From Myxococcales bacterium (lineage in GTDB: Bacteria > Myxococcota_A > Polyangia > Polyangiales > DASUME01), in assembly GCA_047601445.1 (NCBI GenBank), contig JASGJH010000001.1, positions 352,001-416,000 on the forward strand: a DNA stretch of 64,000 nucleotides. The letters run 5' to 3'. A program made the position numbers and the translations under genes. The notes under the pieces were generated by a model that saw nothing but the letters and a program-made list of their open reading frames with translations, was not told the DNA's origin and made no database searches. This document shows, piece by piece, positions 1 to 9,425 of this stretch (its first letter is position 1; each line of letters starts with the position of its first letter).

Positions 1-17
1 AGGCCCGGAGGAAGAAC

Positions 18-785
18 ATGTCGCGCAGCGTGAGAGCTTACTTGGTTTGTGTGGCGGCCCTGACTCTTGGGGGCTGCTTCAAGCACCACACGGTCGAGGA
101 AGGTCAGATCGTTCCCCTCAACGACGACGGCGATGGCGACGGCGATGGCGCCGGCAACGATAAGGGTGACGGCGACCAGGGCGACGGCGACGACAGCATG
201 GGCGACGGCGACCAGGGCGATGGCGACGGCGACACTCAGCCGAGCATTCCTGGCCTCGACTGCAAGGACCCCACGGACGATCTGACCAAGACCCTGTGCG
301 GCATCTTCGGCGGCGGCACCGGCACGGGTACTGGCACCGGCACGGGCACCACCATCCCCGGACTCGACTGCAAGAACCCCAAGGACGAGATCACCAAGGC
401 GATCTGCGGGCTCACCGGCGGCGGTACGGGCACTGGCACCGGCACCACGATCCCCGGGCTCAACTGCTTGCTCCCGAAGGATGAGATCACCGCCCTCCTG
501 TGCGGCATCACCAGCGGCGCTGGCGGCTCGAACAGCGGCGCCGGTGACCTGCCGGACCTGCTCGGCATCGACTGCAAGAAGCCGACCGATCCGTTTGCTC
601 AGCTGCTCTGCGGTGGCCTCGGCGGCACGGGCACCGGTACGGGCAATGGCAATGGGACCGGCAATGGGAACGGCACTGGCACCGGCACCGGCACCGGCGG
701 CGTCACGGCCGAGCAGTGCAAGAAGCCGGCGAACCAGTTCATCTCCTTCCTCTGCTCGCTGCAGGGCACGACCCAGGCCCGCTGA
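18..785 (+). CDS. Gly/Thr-rich lipoprotein with a GD-repeat linker and five CX11C modules
   Basis: GGAG before ATG; hydrophobic N-terminus with lipobox-like LGGC; DGDGD tract; repeated IPGLDCKxPxDxxTKxxCG units separated by (GT)n linkers. Confidence 0.8.
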   Translation: MSRSVRAYLVCVAALTLGGCFKHHTVEEGQIVPLNDDGDGDGDGAGNDKGDGDQGDGDDSMGDGDQGDGDGDTQPSIPGLDCKDPTDDLTKTLCGIFGGGTGTGTGTGTGTTIPGLDCKNPKDEITKAICGLTGGGTGTGTGTTIPGLNCLLPKDEITALLCGITSGAGGSNSGAGDLPDLLGIDCKKPTDPFAQLLCGGLGGTGTGTGNGNGTGNGNGTGTGTGTGGVTAEQCKKPANQFISFLCSLQGTTQAR

Positions 786-878
786 GCGCTGACCTGAGGC
801 GAGCCCGCCGGGCCCGTTCTCGACTGGAAGGTGCGTGCGAGGCGGCACGCGATTCGGTCGCAGACGGGCTCTCGGCTT

Positions 879-1403
879 TTAAGGCGCGTACTCGGCGACC
901 GACTCGACCGGATGCAGAGTCTCGTAGACGCGACCCACGAGCACCTTCACGCGCTCATCGTCGAGGCGACTCTGGGCCAACTCGAACAGCCAACGCGCGA
1001 TGCGCTCGCTGGTGGGGCTGAAGGGAAACACCGCGAGCTTCATGCCGCCTGGAAAAGCGGCGCGCGCGCCATTCAACAGCAGCTCGGCGGGAGCGGCCTC
1101 CTCGCAGTGCGCGGGCCCCCGCGACAAGAGCAGCTTGCGTCCCGTCTCGCGCAGCTCTGGCTCGATCTCGGAGAAGGTCTCGCTACCGATCGCGAGAGCG
1201 TGATCCAGGAGCTGGTGGCAGGGGGCGAGTACCTCGCGCTTGAGCTGTCCGAAGTCGACCACGAAGCCTTGCGAGCACAGCTCGTGGGCGCCGACCACCA
1301 CTTCGAACTTCCAGGTGTGCCCGTGCAAGTTGATGCAGGGACCCAAGTGGCCGCGCACGTGATGCGCGAAGTCGATATCGATGGACTTGCGGATCCGGAA
1401 CAT
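879..1403 (-). CDS. queD: 6-carboxytetrahydropterin synthase / PTPS family (QueD-like)
   Basis: MFRIRKSIDIDFAHH..CINLHGHTWKFEV, GFVVDFGQLK, LDHA, PTSERIARW, VYET; start trimmed to the ATG at 1403. Confidence 0.8.
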   Translation of the reverse strand: MFRIRKSIDIDFAHHVRGHLGPCINLHGHTWKFEVVVGAHELCSQGFVVDFGQLKREVLAPCHQLLDHALAIGSETFSEIEPELRETGRKLLLSRGPAHCEEAAPAELLLNGARAAFPGGMKLAVFPFSPTSERIARWLFELAQSRLDDERVKVLVGRVYETLHPVESVAEYAP

Positions 1404-1434
1404 GGCCTCGCTGTGACACGTCATCCTCCGCGTT

Positions 1435-2448
1435 TCAAACGGGAGGCTCGCCGAGCGCCGGGCGCCGCAGCTGGCGGTCGATGAAGCGGAACGTCTCGGC
1501 CCAACAGCGCCGCGCCGCTTCGCGCCAGAACATGAAGTGAAAGGCGTGGAGTTCCCCCGAGTAGTACCGCACTTCGTGGGGAACCCCGCGGCGCGCCAGG
1601 GCTTCGCCCATGCGGCGCGTGTCGTCGACCAGCGGGTCCGAAGTGCCCACCGGCAAGAAGAAGCCCGGCAGCGTACGGCTGAACCGGTAGTTGCTCTCGA
1701 AGATGCGCAGCGGATCGAGCAGATCGAGCTCACCCGGCGCCCACGGGCCCCGCAGATCGACGTAGACGTCGGGCAGCTGGTTCAGCACGCGCCGCACGAT
1801 GGGGCCGAGGCGCGGCTTGGCACCGAGGCGGCCGGCCTGGGAAACCTGGAGGATGCCGCACGCTGCGACCACGGCGCGGGGGGAAACACCACCCTCGAAC
1901 AACGCTCGGGCCCAGCTCTCGGGACGGGGCGAGGCGCATGCGATGGCGAGCGAAGAGACCAGGTTGGCTCCGGCCGACTCGCCCGCCAACACCAGCCGCG
2001 TGGCGTCACCGCCGAAGCGAGCGGCGTTGTCGTGCACCCAGCGCAGGGCTTCCGCGACGTCTTCGATGGCGGCCGGGTATTTGTTCCGCGGGGCCAGGCG
2101 GTAGTTCAAGTTGAACACCACGAAGCCGGCGTTCGCGTAGGCGTGGCCCACGAAGAAGTGGGTCTCCTTGGAGCACCACATGAAGACGCCGCCGTGAACG
2201 TAGAGCACCACCGGCAGCGGGCCCTGTTGTGCTTGGGGGATGTACACGTCGAGCTGGTGAGAACGCAGTCCCGAGCCCAAGTAAGGGACGTTGCGGATCA
2301 CCCTGACGCGCTCGAGCGATGCGCGCTGCTGGATGCGACCGACGGCTTCGAGTCCGAGCGTGGCCAGCTTCTCCACCGAGCGCGGCAGGGAACCGCTGAT
2401 CCGTGCGGGCCGGCGCATGGGGATCACCTTGGCGTCGTAGCTGCTCAC
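1435..2448 (-). CDS. Alpha/beta hydrolase, hormone-sensitive-lipase-like esterase
   Basis: VHGG oxyanion motif, YRLAP, GESAG nucleophile, DPL and HAF triad motifs. Confidence 0.9.
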   Translation of the reverse strand: MSSYDAKVIPMRRPARISGSLPRSVEKLATLGLEAVGRIQQRASLERVRVIRNVPYLGSGLRSHQLDVYIPQAQQGPLPVVLYVHGGVFMWCSKETHFFVGHAYANAGFVVFNLNYRLAPRNKYPAAIEDVAEALRWVHDNAARFGGDATRLVLAGESAGANLVSSLAIACASPRPESWARALFEGGVSPRAVVAACGILQVSQAGRLGAKPRLGPIVRRVLNQLPDVYVDLRGPWAPGELDLLDPLRIFESNYRFSRTLPGFFLPVGTSDPLVDDTRRMGEALARRGVPHEVRYYSGELHAFHFMFWREAARRCWAETFRFIDRQLRRPALGEPPV

Positions 2449-2579
2449 CGCACCGTCGCTCGTCTAGGGCCCATGTCTCTCCGCATAACATGGGGCTGAG
2501 CGCGGAGGAAAGAACGGGCGGCGGCCCGGATGTAAGCGCCTCCTTGACAAGGCACGCTCGACGCGAAACGAAGGCACCC

Positions 2580-3509
2580 ATGTTGAGCATCGATTTGACT
2601 GGAAAACGGGCGCTCGTGGCGGGCGTCGCGGACGACGGCGGCTTTGGCTTCGCGATCGCGAAGGCGCTGGCTGAGGCCGGTGCGAGCGTGTGTGTGGGCA
2701 CCTGGCCCCCGGCGCTCGGCATCTTCGAGACGCTGTTGAGGCGCGGGAAGATGGAGGAGTCTCTCCAGTTCGAGTCCGGTCAGGGCAAGCTCGAGTTCGA
2801 ACGTGTGTACCCGCTCGACGCCGAGTACGACACCATGGACGCGATGCCCGCCGAGTTGCGCGAGAACAAGCGCTACCGCGAGCTGGGAGACGTGAGCGTG
2901 GGCGGCCTGGTGCAGCGCCTCACGAGCGACTTTGGCGAGCCCTGCGTCGACATCGTGGTGCACAGCCTGGCGAACGGTCCCGAGGTGAAGAAGCCCCTGC
3001 TCGAGACTTCGCGCAGTGGATACCTGAGCGCCAACAGCGTGAGCGCCTACTCGTTCGTTTCGTTGGTGCAGCGTTTGGGACCCATCATGCGTCCGCGCGG
3101 CTCGTTCCTGGCGCTGAGCTACATGGCGGCCGAGCGCGTGATCCCTGGCTACGGCGGCGGCATGTCGTCGGCCAAGGCTGCCCTCGAGAGCGACACGCGC
3201 GTGCTCGCCTACGAAGCGGGGCGCAAGTGGGGCCATCGTGTGAACGTGATCTCGGCGGGGCCGTTCGCCTCGCGGGCAGCCAGCGCGATCGGGTTCATTG
3301 GAGCCATGATCGAGTACTGCCGCGAGCATTCGCCGTTGCCCGAGCCCCTGCAGGGGCGCGAAGTGGGTACCGCGGCGGCGTTCCTCTCGAGTGAGCTCGC
3401 GTCGGGCATCACCGGCCACTGCCTGTATGTCGACAAGGGTTACTCCTCGATGGGCGCGCCCACCGACCTGATCGAGAAGGCTGCCCAGGCGAAAGCGGCC
3501 AAGCAGTGA
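2580..3509 (+). CDS. fabI: Enoyl-ACP reductase (plant/Chlamydia-type FabI)
   Basis: GVADDGGFGFAIAK, VGTWPPAL, HSLANGPEV, YGGGMSSAKAALES, VNVISAGP; start trimmed to the ATG at 2580. Confidence 0.92.
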   Translation: MLSIDLTGKRALVAGVADDGGFGFAIAKALAEAGASVCVGTWPPALGIFETLLRRGKMEESLQFESGQGKLEFERVYPLDAEYDTMDAMPAELRENKRYRELGDVSVGGLVQRLTSDFGEPCVDIVVHSLANGPEVKKPLLETSRSGYLSANSVSAYSFVSLVQRLGPIMRPRGSFLALSYMAAERVIPGYGGGMSSAKAALESDTRVLAYEAGRKWGHRVNVISAGPFASRAASAIGFIGAMIEYCREHSPLPEPLQGREVGTAAAFLSSELASGITGHCLYVDKGYSSMGAPTDLIEKAAQAKAAKQ

Positions 3510-3547
3510 TTTGAGCGCTGGAGGTCGCGTGACCTCCCTACAAGATT

Positions 3548-6500
3548 TCAGCGCTTGTTCGAGCCTGTGCCGCGGCGGCTCGCGCCGGGGAGGTCCTCGA
3601 AGCCCGGCAGCAGCATGCCGACGAAGTTCTCCGGGCGCCGCACTCCCTGGGCCTCGAACCAATCCTGCGCGCGAGCGCGCAACTCCTTGCCGCGCTCTCC
3701 GCCGAGCAATCGCCCGAGCTGATAGCGCGTCGCCGCGGCATAGAGCGTCATGTCGCTCTCGTAGAAGGCTGCCTCGGCCTGCTCCAGGCTCTGGATGGCG
3801 CGCTCGTGATCACCGCGCGAGGCGTCGACACCGGCGCGAGCTGCGTGGCCCCAGCCGGCGGCGTAGGCAGAGCGAGAACTGGCGAGCTTGGCGCCCGAGT
3901 CCGCCGCGTCACGCAACAACAGCTCGCGCTCGCCGCGCTCCACGCGAGCCTGGGAAATGGCGGCACGCGCGCGCACGTGACGCACGGCGTGGGCGACGAA
4001 CGGGATGCGCGGCAGGAGCGACTTGGTCAGCGCGGGCCAGGCAGCCATGACGCGTGTGTAGGGCCTGCCGCTGCGGGCGTAGATCTCGGTCTGCGCGATG
4101 CCAGTGAGATGAAACAGGTGTTGGATGTGGAAGTTCATGTGCGACCAGTTGGCGAGGGCTTCGTCCAACACGAGCGCCGCTTGCACGGGTTCGTTGGCCA
4201 TCAGATAGGGAATGTGCGCCACGGCGATGCGCAGGTTGGTGTACGTGTAGTGGTCGCCGCGCTCGCGGGCTTCGCGGATGTGCTCGGCCACGCGCTCGAA
4301 GTTGGTCTTGAGCTCTCCCAGGTAGAACTGCGAGATGGCGCGAAAGACGCGGGCGTTGCCGAGCTCCCAATCCACGTCGGTGCACTCGGTGGCGAGTATG
4401 CGCTCCGCCTCGGTCGACACCCGAACGTTCTCCCGGAAAGCGCCGTGCAAGAAGGTGGCACTCGAGCGCACCGACAACGCGAGTCCGCGCGCCTGCGGAT
4501 CGCCCACCCGCTCCGCCAGGGCCTCCGCGCGCTCGAGTGGCTTGAGCCAGGCATCGCTCTGACCATCCTCGGAGGTCACCGCCTGGTAGCCGCCCTCGAG
4601 GGCCAAGGCGCGCGCCAGGCGCACGGGATCGCCGAGCTCGAGCGCGAGCAGCAGGTGTCGCGTCTGGGCGTCCGCGCCGCGCACGGAGTCGATCATGCCG
4701 AGGGCACGTGCGAGCGAGCCGAGGATGTCGGCGCGCACCAGGTCGTTCGGGGGAATCTGGCTGGCGTCGCGCTCGGCGAAGCCGGTGCCGCGCGCGTTGA
4801 GGCGCAGCCGGCGCCACCACAGGGAGAACACGCTGCCGCTGGTCGACTTGGGGAGGTGAACGCTCAGCCGATCCAGCACGCGCGTGACGGTCTCGAGGCC
4901 TTCGTTCACGCTGCCAGTGCGCAGGAGCTGATGTGCGGCGCGCCGCTCGAGCTCCAGCGCGTCGGCGGGGTTGGCGTAGCGTGCCGCTTCCATGTAGGCG
5001 CGCGCAGCGTGGGCGCTCTGACCCGCGCACGCATAGGCGTGGGCGAGCTCCATACGCAGACGGCGCTCCTCGTCTGCCTCGACGCTGGGGTAGGCCAGGG
5101 CCTCCTGGTAGAGGTGCACGGCAGCGTCGAACGCCATCAGGTCGCGGGAGCGATCAGCCGCCCGGGCCGCGGCACGCGCGGCGCGCTCCGGGTTGTTGGC
5201 GTCGCGCAGGTGGGTGGCCAATACGTCAGGTGGAGCCTTCGGCCAGCTGGCCAGGGCCAAGGCGAGCTGTCGATGGATGCGCGCGTGGTCCACGTCGGCG
5301 CGCGCGAGCACGGCCTGGCGCAGGGCGGGATGGCTCGGCGCGTGGCGCTCGCCGTCGCTCTCGCGCACGCTGCGCGCGAGGTTGGCCACCCGCAACACGG
5401 CCATGTAGCGGCCCACGCTCTCCGCGGGTAGGCCCGCGGCCTCGCCTGCAACCTCGGCAGGCAGCGCGGTGCGCGCGTGACACAACGTGATCAGCAGCTG
5501 GCGTGCGTCGAGCGGCAGGTGCTCCACGCGCGACCACATCAAGTCGGTCAGGCTCAGGTCGGGCGGGGCGCTCGCCTTGGTGAGCAAGAGATGCCGCGCC
5601 AGCGCATCGACGCGCAGCGGGTGTCCGCCCGCGCTCGTCGCGAGCGCCGTGCCCAGCTCCGGGTCGCTCAGTCCCCCCGACTCCAGCAAGCGGTCTGCGA
5701 GCTCGCGCGCGGCGCCGTCGCCCAGCTCGCGCAGGCGCATCAGCGTGACCTGTTGCTCGTAGCGGGTGAGCCACTGGCGAAGCGGCGGCTCAGCCTCTCG
5801 CAGCTCGCCGTTCACGAGCAAGAGCAGCAGCAGGTCGGGCGGATCCGGGAGACGAATCATCTCCTCGAGCACGCTCAGCGCGTCCACGTCGGCCCACTGC
5901 ACGTCGTCGATCACCACCAACATCGGGTGGCGCTTCGAGAGATCGCGCAACAGCGAGCGCAGCGCGCGCATGGCGGCGCGGCGAATCGCAGGCGCTTCCT
6001 GGGGAGTGCGCGCCGACGAGTCGGGCAACGCCACACGCAACATCGAAGGAAAAAGCCGCGCCAAGAGCGAGGCCTCGGCGGGCATCAAGGTTGCGATAGA
6101 GCTCGCGTCCTGGGTCGCCAGGTAACGGCTGAGCGCGTCGATGACCCCCGAGACGCCGCGGTAGGCCCGTGGCCCTTCCTGCTCGCAGCGACCCGAGAGG
6201 TGCACGAGGTGCGGGTAGTCGTTGCGCAGCTTGCGCACCAGCTGGGCAGCCAGCGTGCGCTTGCCCACGCCGCTCTCGCCATACAAGCACAGGGCAGACA
6301 CGGCGCCGTGGCGCGTGCGCTCGAAGGCCTCGCCGAGCAGGCTCAGCTCGCGCTTTCGGCCCACGAAGGGGGGCGCGTCCCCGAGCAGCGAGAACGTCTG
6401 CGAGATGCGCCCCTCGGTCTCGGTGCGGATGCTGAGGCGCTCGCGGATCTCGTCGGCGTCCGGGCGCGCGTCGGGATCGATGGCCAACAAGTCTTCGCAC

Positions 6501-7258
6501 AGCGAGCACAGATCGCGCGGGGCCTTCAAACCGCTCGGCAGCGTGGGCGCCACTCGCTGTTTCTGTTCCACCAGGTCCGCGCCGCTGGTAGGGAAGGGCG
6601 CCGAGCCAGACAGTGCCTGATAGAGCACCGCACCCAGGCTGTACCAGTCGGTGGCCGGGCTGGGCCGTGCGTCCTCGAGGCGCTCGGGGGCCACGAAGGG
6701 AAGCGAGCTGAGCCAGTGTTGGTCCGGGTCGCTGTTTTCGCGGGATCCCGAGAGCTCGCACTCCAGGAGCACCAGGCGCCCCTGCGGCGTCACGCGAATG
6801 TGATCCGGCTCCAGGTTGCCGTGTACGCGCCCCGCCTGGTGCAGCGCGCCGATGCCTCGCACGAGCTGGCTCAGCACACTGCGCAGGCGCACCTCGGAGA
6901 GCTCGCCCGGCGCGCCGCCCACGCCGGCGCGCTGTCCGGGATTCGTCTGGGCCCGAGGGCGCACGTAGTCCAGCAGGGACTCACCCTCGACGAACTCCAT
7001 CGTGTAGAACCAGAGCCCGTCGACGCAGTCGAGCTCGCCCAGGCTCACCAGGCTCGGATGGCGCACGTTGCGCAGGGCCCGGAACTCCCGACGCAGCGCG
7101 TCCCCGGCCAGCGACACACTGCGCAAGGTCCGCAGTGCCACGAAGCTGCCGCGGGTCTCGTCCAGGGCCTTGTAGATTTCGCCGACGGTGCCGACACCGA
7201 TGCGCGACACGATGCGAAAGCGTGGCGTACCGTGAAATTGCGGCTCTAGATTGGCCAC
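3548..7258 (-). CDS. Kinase-like domain + AAA/STAND-type NTPase + helical repeat protein
   Basis: IGVGTVGEIY, FVAPE and DWYSLG kinase motifs; FVGRKREL, GESGVGK Walker A, VVIDDVQWAD Walker B, GHPL; TPR-like C-terminus. Catalytic residues are degenerate. Confidence 0.88.
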   Translation of the reverse strand: MANLEPQFHGTPRFRIVSRIGVGTVGEIYKALDETRGSFVALRTLRSVSLAGDALRREFRALRNVRHPSLVSLGELDCVDGLWFYTMEFVEGESLLDYVRPRAQTNPGQRAGVGGAPGELSEVRLRSVLSQLVRGIGALHQAGRVHGNLEPDHIRVTPQGRLVLLECELSGSRENSDPDQHWLSSLPFVAPERLEDARPSPATDWYSLGAVLYQALSGSAPFPTSGADLVEQKQRVAPTLPSGLKAPRDLCSLCEDLLAIDPDARPDADEIRERLSIRTETEGRISQTFSLLGDAPPFVGRKRELSLLGEAFERTRHGAVSALCLYGESGVGKRTLAAQLVRKLRNDYPHLVHLSGRCEQEGPRAYRGVSGVIDALSRYLATQDASSIATLMPAEASLLARLFPSMLRVALPDSSARTPQEAPAIRRAAMRALRSLLRDLSKRHPMLVVIDDVQWADVDALSVLEEMIRLPDPPDLLLLLLVNGELREAEPPLRQWLTRYEQQVTLMRLRELGDGAARELADRLLESGGLSDPELGTALATSAGGHPLRVDALARHLLLTKASAPPDLSLTDLMWSRVEHLPLDARQLLITLCHARTALPAEVAGEAAGLPAESVGRYMAVLRVANLARSVRESDGERHAPSHPALRQAVLARADVDHARIHRQLALALASWPKAPPDVLATHLRDANNPERAARAAARAADRSRDLMAFDAAVHLYQEALAYPSVEADEERRLRMELAHAYACAGQSAHAARAYMEAARYANPADALELERRAAHQLLRTGSVNEGLETVTRVLDRLSVHLPKSTSGSVFSLWWRRLRLNARGTGFAERDASQIPPNDLVRADILGSLARALGMIDSVRGADAQTRHLLLALELGDPVRLARALALEGGYQAVTSEDGQSDAWLKPLERAEALAERVGDPQARGLALSVRSSATFLHGAFRENVRVSTEAERILATECTDVDWELGNARVFRAISQFYLGELKTNFERVAEHIREARERGDHYTYTNLRIAVAHIPYLMANEPVQAALVLDEALANWSHMNFHIQHLFHLTGIAQTEIYARSGRPYTRVMAAWPALTKSLLPRIPFVAHAVRHVRARAAISQARVERGERELLLRDAADSGAKLASSRSAYAAGWGHAARAGVDASRGDHERAIQSLEQAEAAFYESDMTLYAAATRYQLGRLLGGERGKELRARAQDWFEAQGVRRPENFVGMLLPGFEDLPGASRRGTGSNKR

Positions 7259-7568
7259 TGGGCCGCCGTCCTGCTCAGATTCTCCGTCACCTTGTTCGAG
7301 TCGTTCAGACTCCTAGCACACGCCTCGCTCCGCGCGGCAGAGAGCTGGTGTCCCGAACCACAAGCGTATCGTTCACGCATCACGCTCTGCCTCTGCGAGG
7401 AGCCGTCGGGCCGCCGCCACCGAAGCGTCGCCCCAATTCCCCCAGATACGCGGAAACCCACAAATTATACCTACGAGTAGCGCCAGGATTCCGCAATTTC
7501 GGGGGCACTTTGCCTCAAGCGGGCTCTTGCGCGGCCGGGCGAAGCCTGACCTTATGGTCCGGTCCACC

Positions 7569-8411
7569 ATGGAGCGCTTGTCCGCCATTGCACGCAGTCA
7601 GATCCGCCAGCTGACCCAGCTGTGGCCGGCGCTGACGATGCACCTGGCGATGGCCGTGCTGTTCCTTTGTGTGGCGGTCCTGTTCGGAGCGCTCACGGGG
7701 TTCGTGGGTGGGCTCACGTGGATCCTCGTCTGGCCCGCGTTTAGTCTGGTGATCGTGGCCTATGGCTACCTGGTGGCCGGGCCGGCCGTGCTCGGAAAGC
7801 AGGCCGACGGCACGCTCTACTGGCCGCATGCGCTGTTGTTGATGCCTTACTTCAGCGCCGCAGAGTGTGCCTGGTACCTGGTGCGCGTGCTGGGACGCGA
7901 AGACCCCTGGCACGAGGTGGCCCGCGGCCTGTATCTGGGACGACGCGTGCAGCACTGGGAGCTCCCCGCGCGGGTGGGGTTGGTGCTGGATATGACCGCC
8001 GAGTTCGTCGAGCCCATCGAGGTGCGCTCCGATCGCGTCTACGTCTGCGTGCCCGCCCTCGACGCATCGGTCCCCAGCGTCGAGGCGTTGGTTTCTGGTA
8101 TCGAGCGCGTGGCCAGCTTCGAAGGCAACATCTACGTGCACTGTGCCGCCGGCCATGGACGTTCGGCGATGGCGATGGCCGTCTTGTTGGTGGCACGCGG
8201 CATCGCCCAGGACCTGGATCACGCGGTGGACTTGATGCGCCAGGCGCGCCCGCGGGTGAAGCTGCGCACGACCCAGCGCAAAGTCGCCCTGGCCGCACTG
8301 GCGCGACTGCCCATGCGCTCGAGCCGTCCCAGCGGCGTGGGCGGCTCCACGCTGACCCTGGGGCCATCGCAGGCGAGCGGGACGAGCACGGGGGCGCCGA
8401 CGCAGCCCTGA
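7569..8411 (+). CDS. Membrane-associated dual-specificity phosphatase family protein
   Basis: N-terminal hydrophobic segments; GLYLG, LDMTAEF, HCAAGHGRS (CX5R) loop; start uncertain (7527-7638). Confidence 0.85.
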   Translation: MERLSAIARSQIRQLTQLWPALTMHLAMAVLFLCVAVLFGALTGFVGGLTWILVWPAFSLVIVAYGYLVAGPAVLGKQADGTLYWPHALLLMPYFSAAECAWYLVRVLGREDPWHEVARGLYLGRRVQHWELPARVGLVLDMTAEFVEPIEVRSDRVYVCVPALDASVPSVEALVSGIERVASFEGNIYVHCAAGHGRSAMAMAVLLVARGIAQDLDHAVDLMRQARPRVKLRTTQRKVALAALARLPMRSSRPSGVGGSTLTLGPSQASGTSTGAPTQP

Positions 8412-8751
8412 GGCGCCTCGCCGCCTGGCCGCCTGCAAAGGCTGGTCGGGTGTCTAGCGCGCGCGCAGGGCTTTTGTTCTCTCGCGTGCATTCCAGCGTG
8501 TCACGTTCGTGTGACCACCCCGCAGTGCCGCGAGCAGCCCCGCGAGGCGAGCCCCGACAACGGGATCACCCGCGTGCGCAAGCGTTCGAAAAAACGACGT
8601 AAGCCGCCCCACCGGCAGATCGAACAGACGTTGGAGCGCGTTCCTTCTCCTGCTAGTCACGCCAATAGGAGCTACGTGCGCAGTCACGCGCGCGTGCACC
8701 GCAGAGTTCGCCCGCGCGGCGGCGCGCGCATCCACGAGGAAGGCTACTGAC

Positions 8752-9384
8752 ATGTTCGCGGCACGTCCCATCGGCCTTTCTGTCAAACAGCACGCTCCAC
8801 AAGCCGATCGCAACAAGGGCGCGATCATCGAGATCCTGCAGCGAGTCTTGCCCGAACGCGGGATGGCACTCGAGATTGGGAGCGGCACCGGACAGCACGT
8901 GATGCATTTCGCGCGCGCGTTCCCGGACCTGGTTTGGCAACCGAGCGATTACGATCAGGTTTCCATCGCCAGCATCGAGAGCTATCGCCGCGAGGCCCAG
9001 CTGCACAACGTGCGCGAGCCGCTCTTGCTCGAGGTACGCAAGAAGAGCTGGGGCAACGGACAGCTCGATGCCGTGCTCGCCATCAACCTCATCCACGTGA
9101 CGTCCTGGTCGGTCTGCGAGGGGCTGTTCGACGGCGCGCGGCGCCACCTGCGCCCCGACGGCGTGCTGTTCATCTACGGCCCGTTCAAGCAAAACGGCGG
9201 CTTCGACTGCGATAGCAACGCGCGGCTCGACGCCTTCCTGCGGCAGAAGAACCCGGACTGGGGCCTGCGCGATCTGGAGGCGATTGCGGCGCTCGGCACG
9301 GCGCGCGGCCTGCTTGCCGAACAGGTCACGGACTTGCCAGGCAACGACCTCGGGGTAGTGTTCCGCAAGCAAGTTCACAACTGA
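8752..9384 (+). CDS. DUF938-family SAM-dependent methyltransferase
   Basis: LEIGSGTGQH, WQPSD, INLIH, YGPF, SNARLDAFLR..PDWGLRD; GAGGAAGG RBS. Confidence 0.9.
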   Translation: MFAARPIGLSVKQHAPQADRNKGAIIEILQRVLPERGMALEIGSGTGQHVMHFARAFPDLVWQPSDYDQVSIASIESYRREAQLHNVREPLLLEVRKKSWGNGQLDAVLAINLIHVTSWSVCEGLFDGARRHLRPDGVLFIYGPFKQNGGFDCDSNARLDAFLRQKNPDWGLRDLEAIAALGTARGLLAEQVTDLPGNDLGVVFRKQVHN

Positions 9385-9425
9385 CGCCTGGCCGCGCACT
9401 CGGTCGGGAGACCGGTGCGCCATCC

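Noticed and set aside
310..700. GGCACC/GGCACG tandem repeats as a CRISPR array or DNA satellite
   Set aside because: They are in-frame Gly-Thr codons with synonymous variation; no repeat-spacer structure and no cas genes
879..1403. queD as part of a 7-deazaguanine DNA-modification (dpd) island
   Set aside because: No dpdA/tgt, queC, queE or folE in the window
8511..8750. 79-aa basic ORF upstream of the DUF938 gene
   Set aside because: Atypical codon usage, no RBS, no recognisable motif
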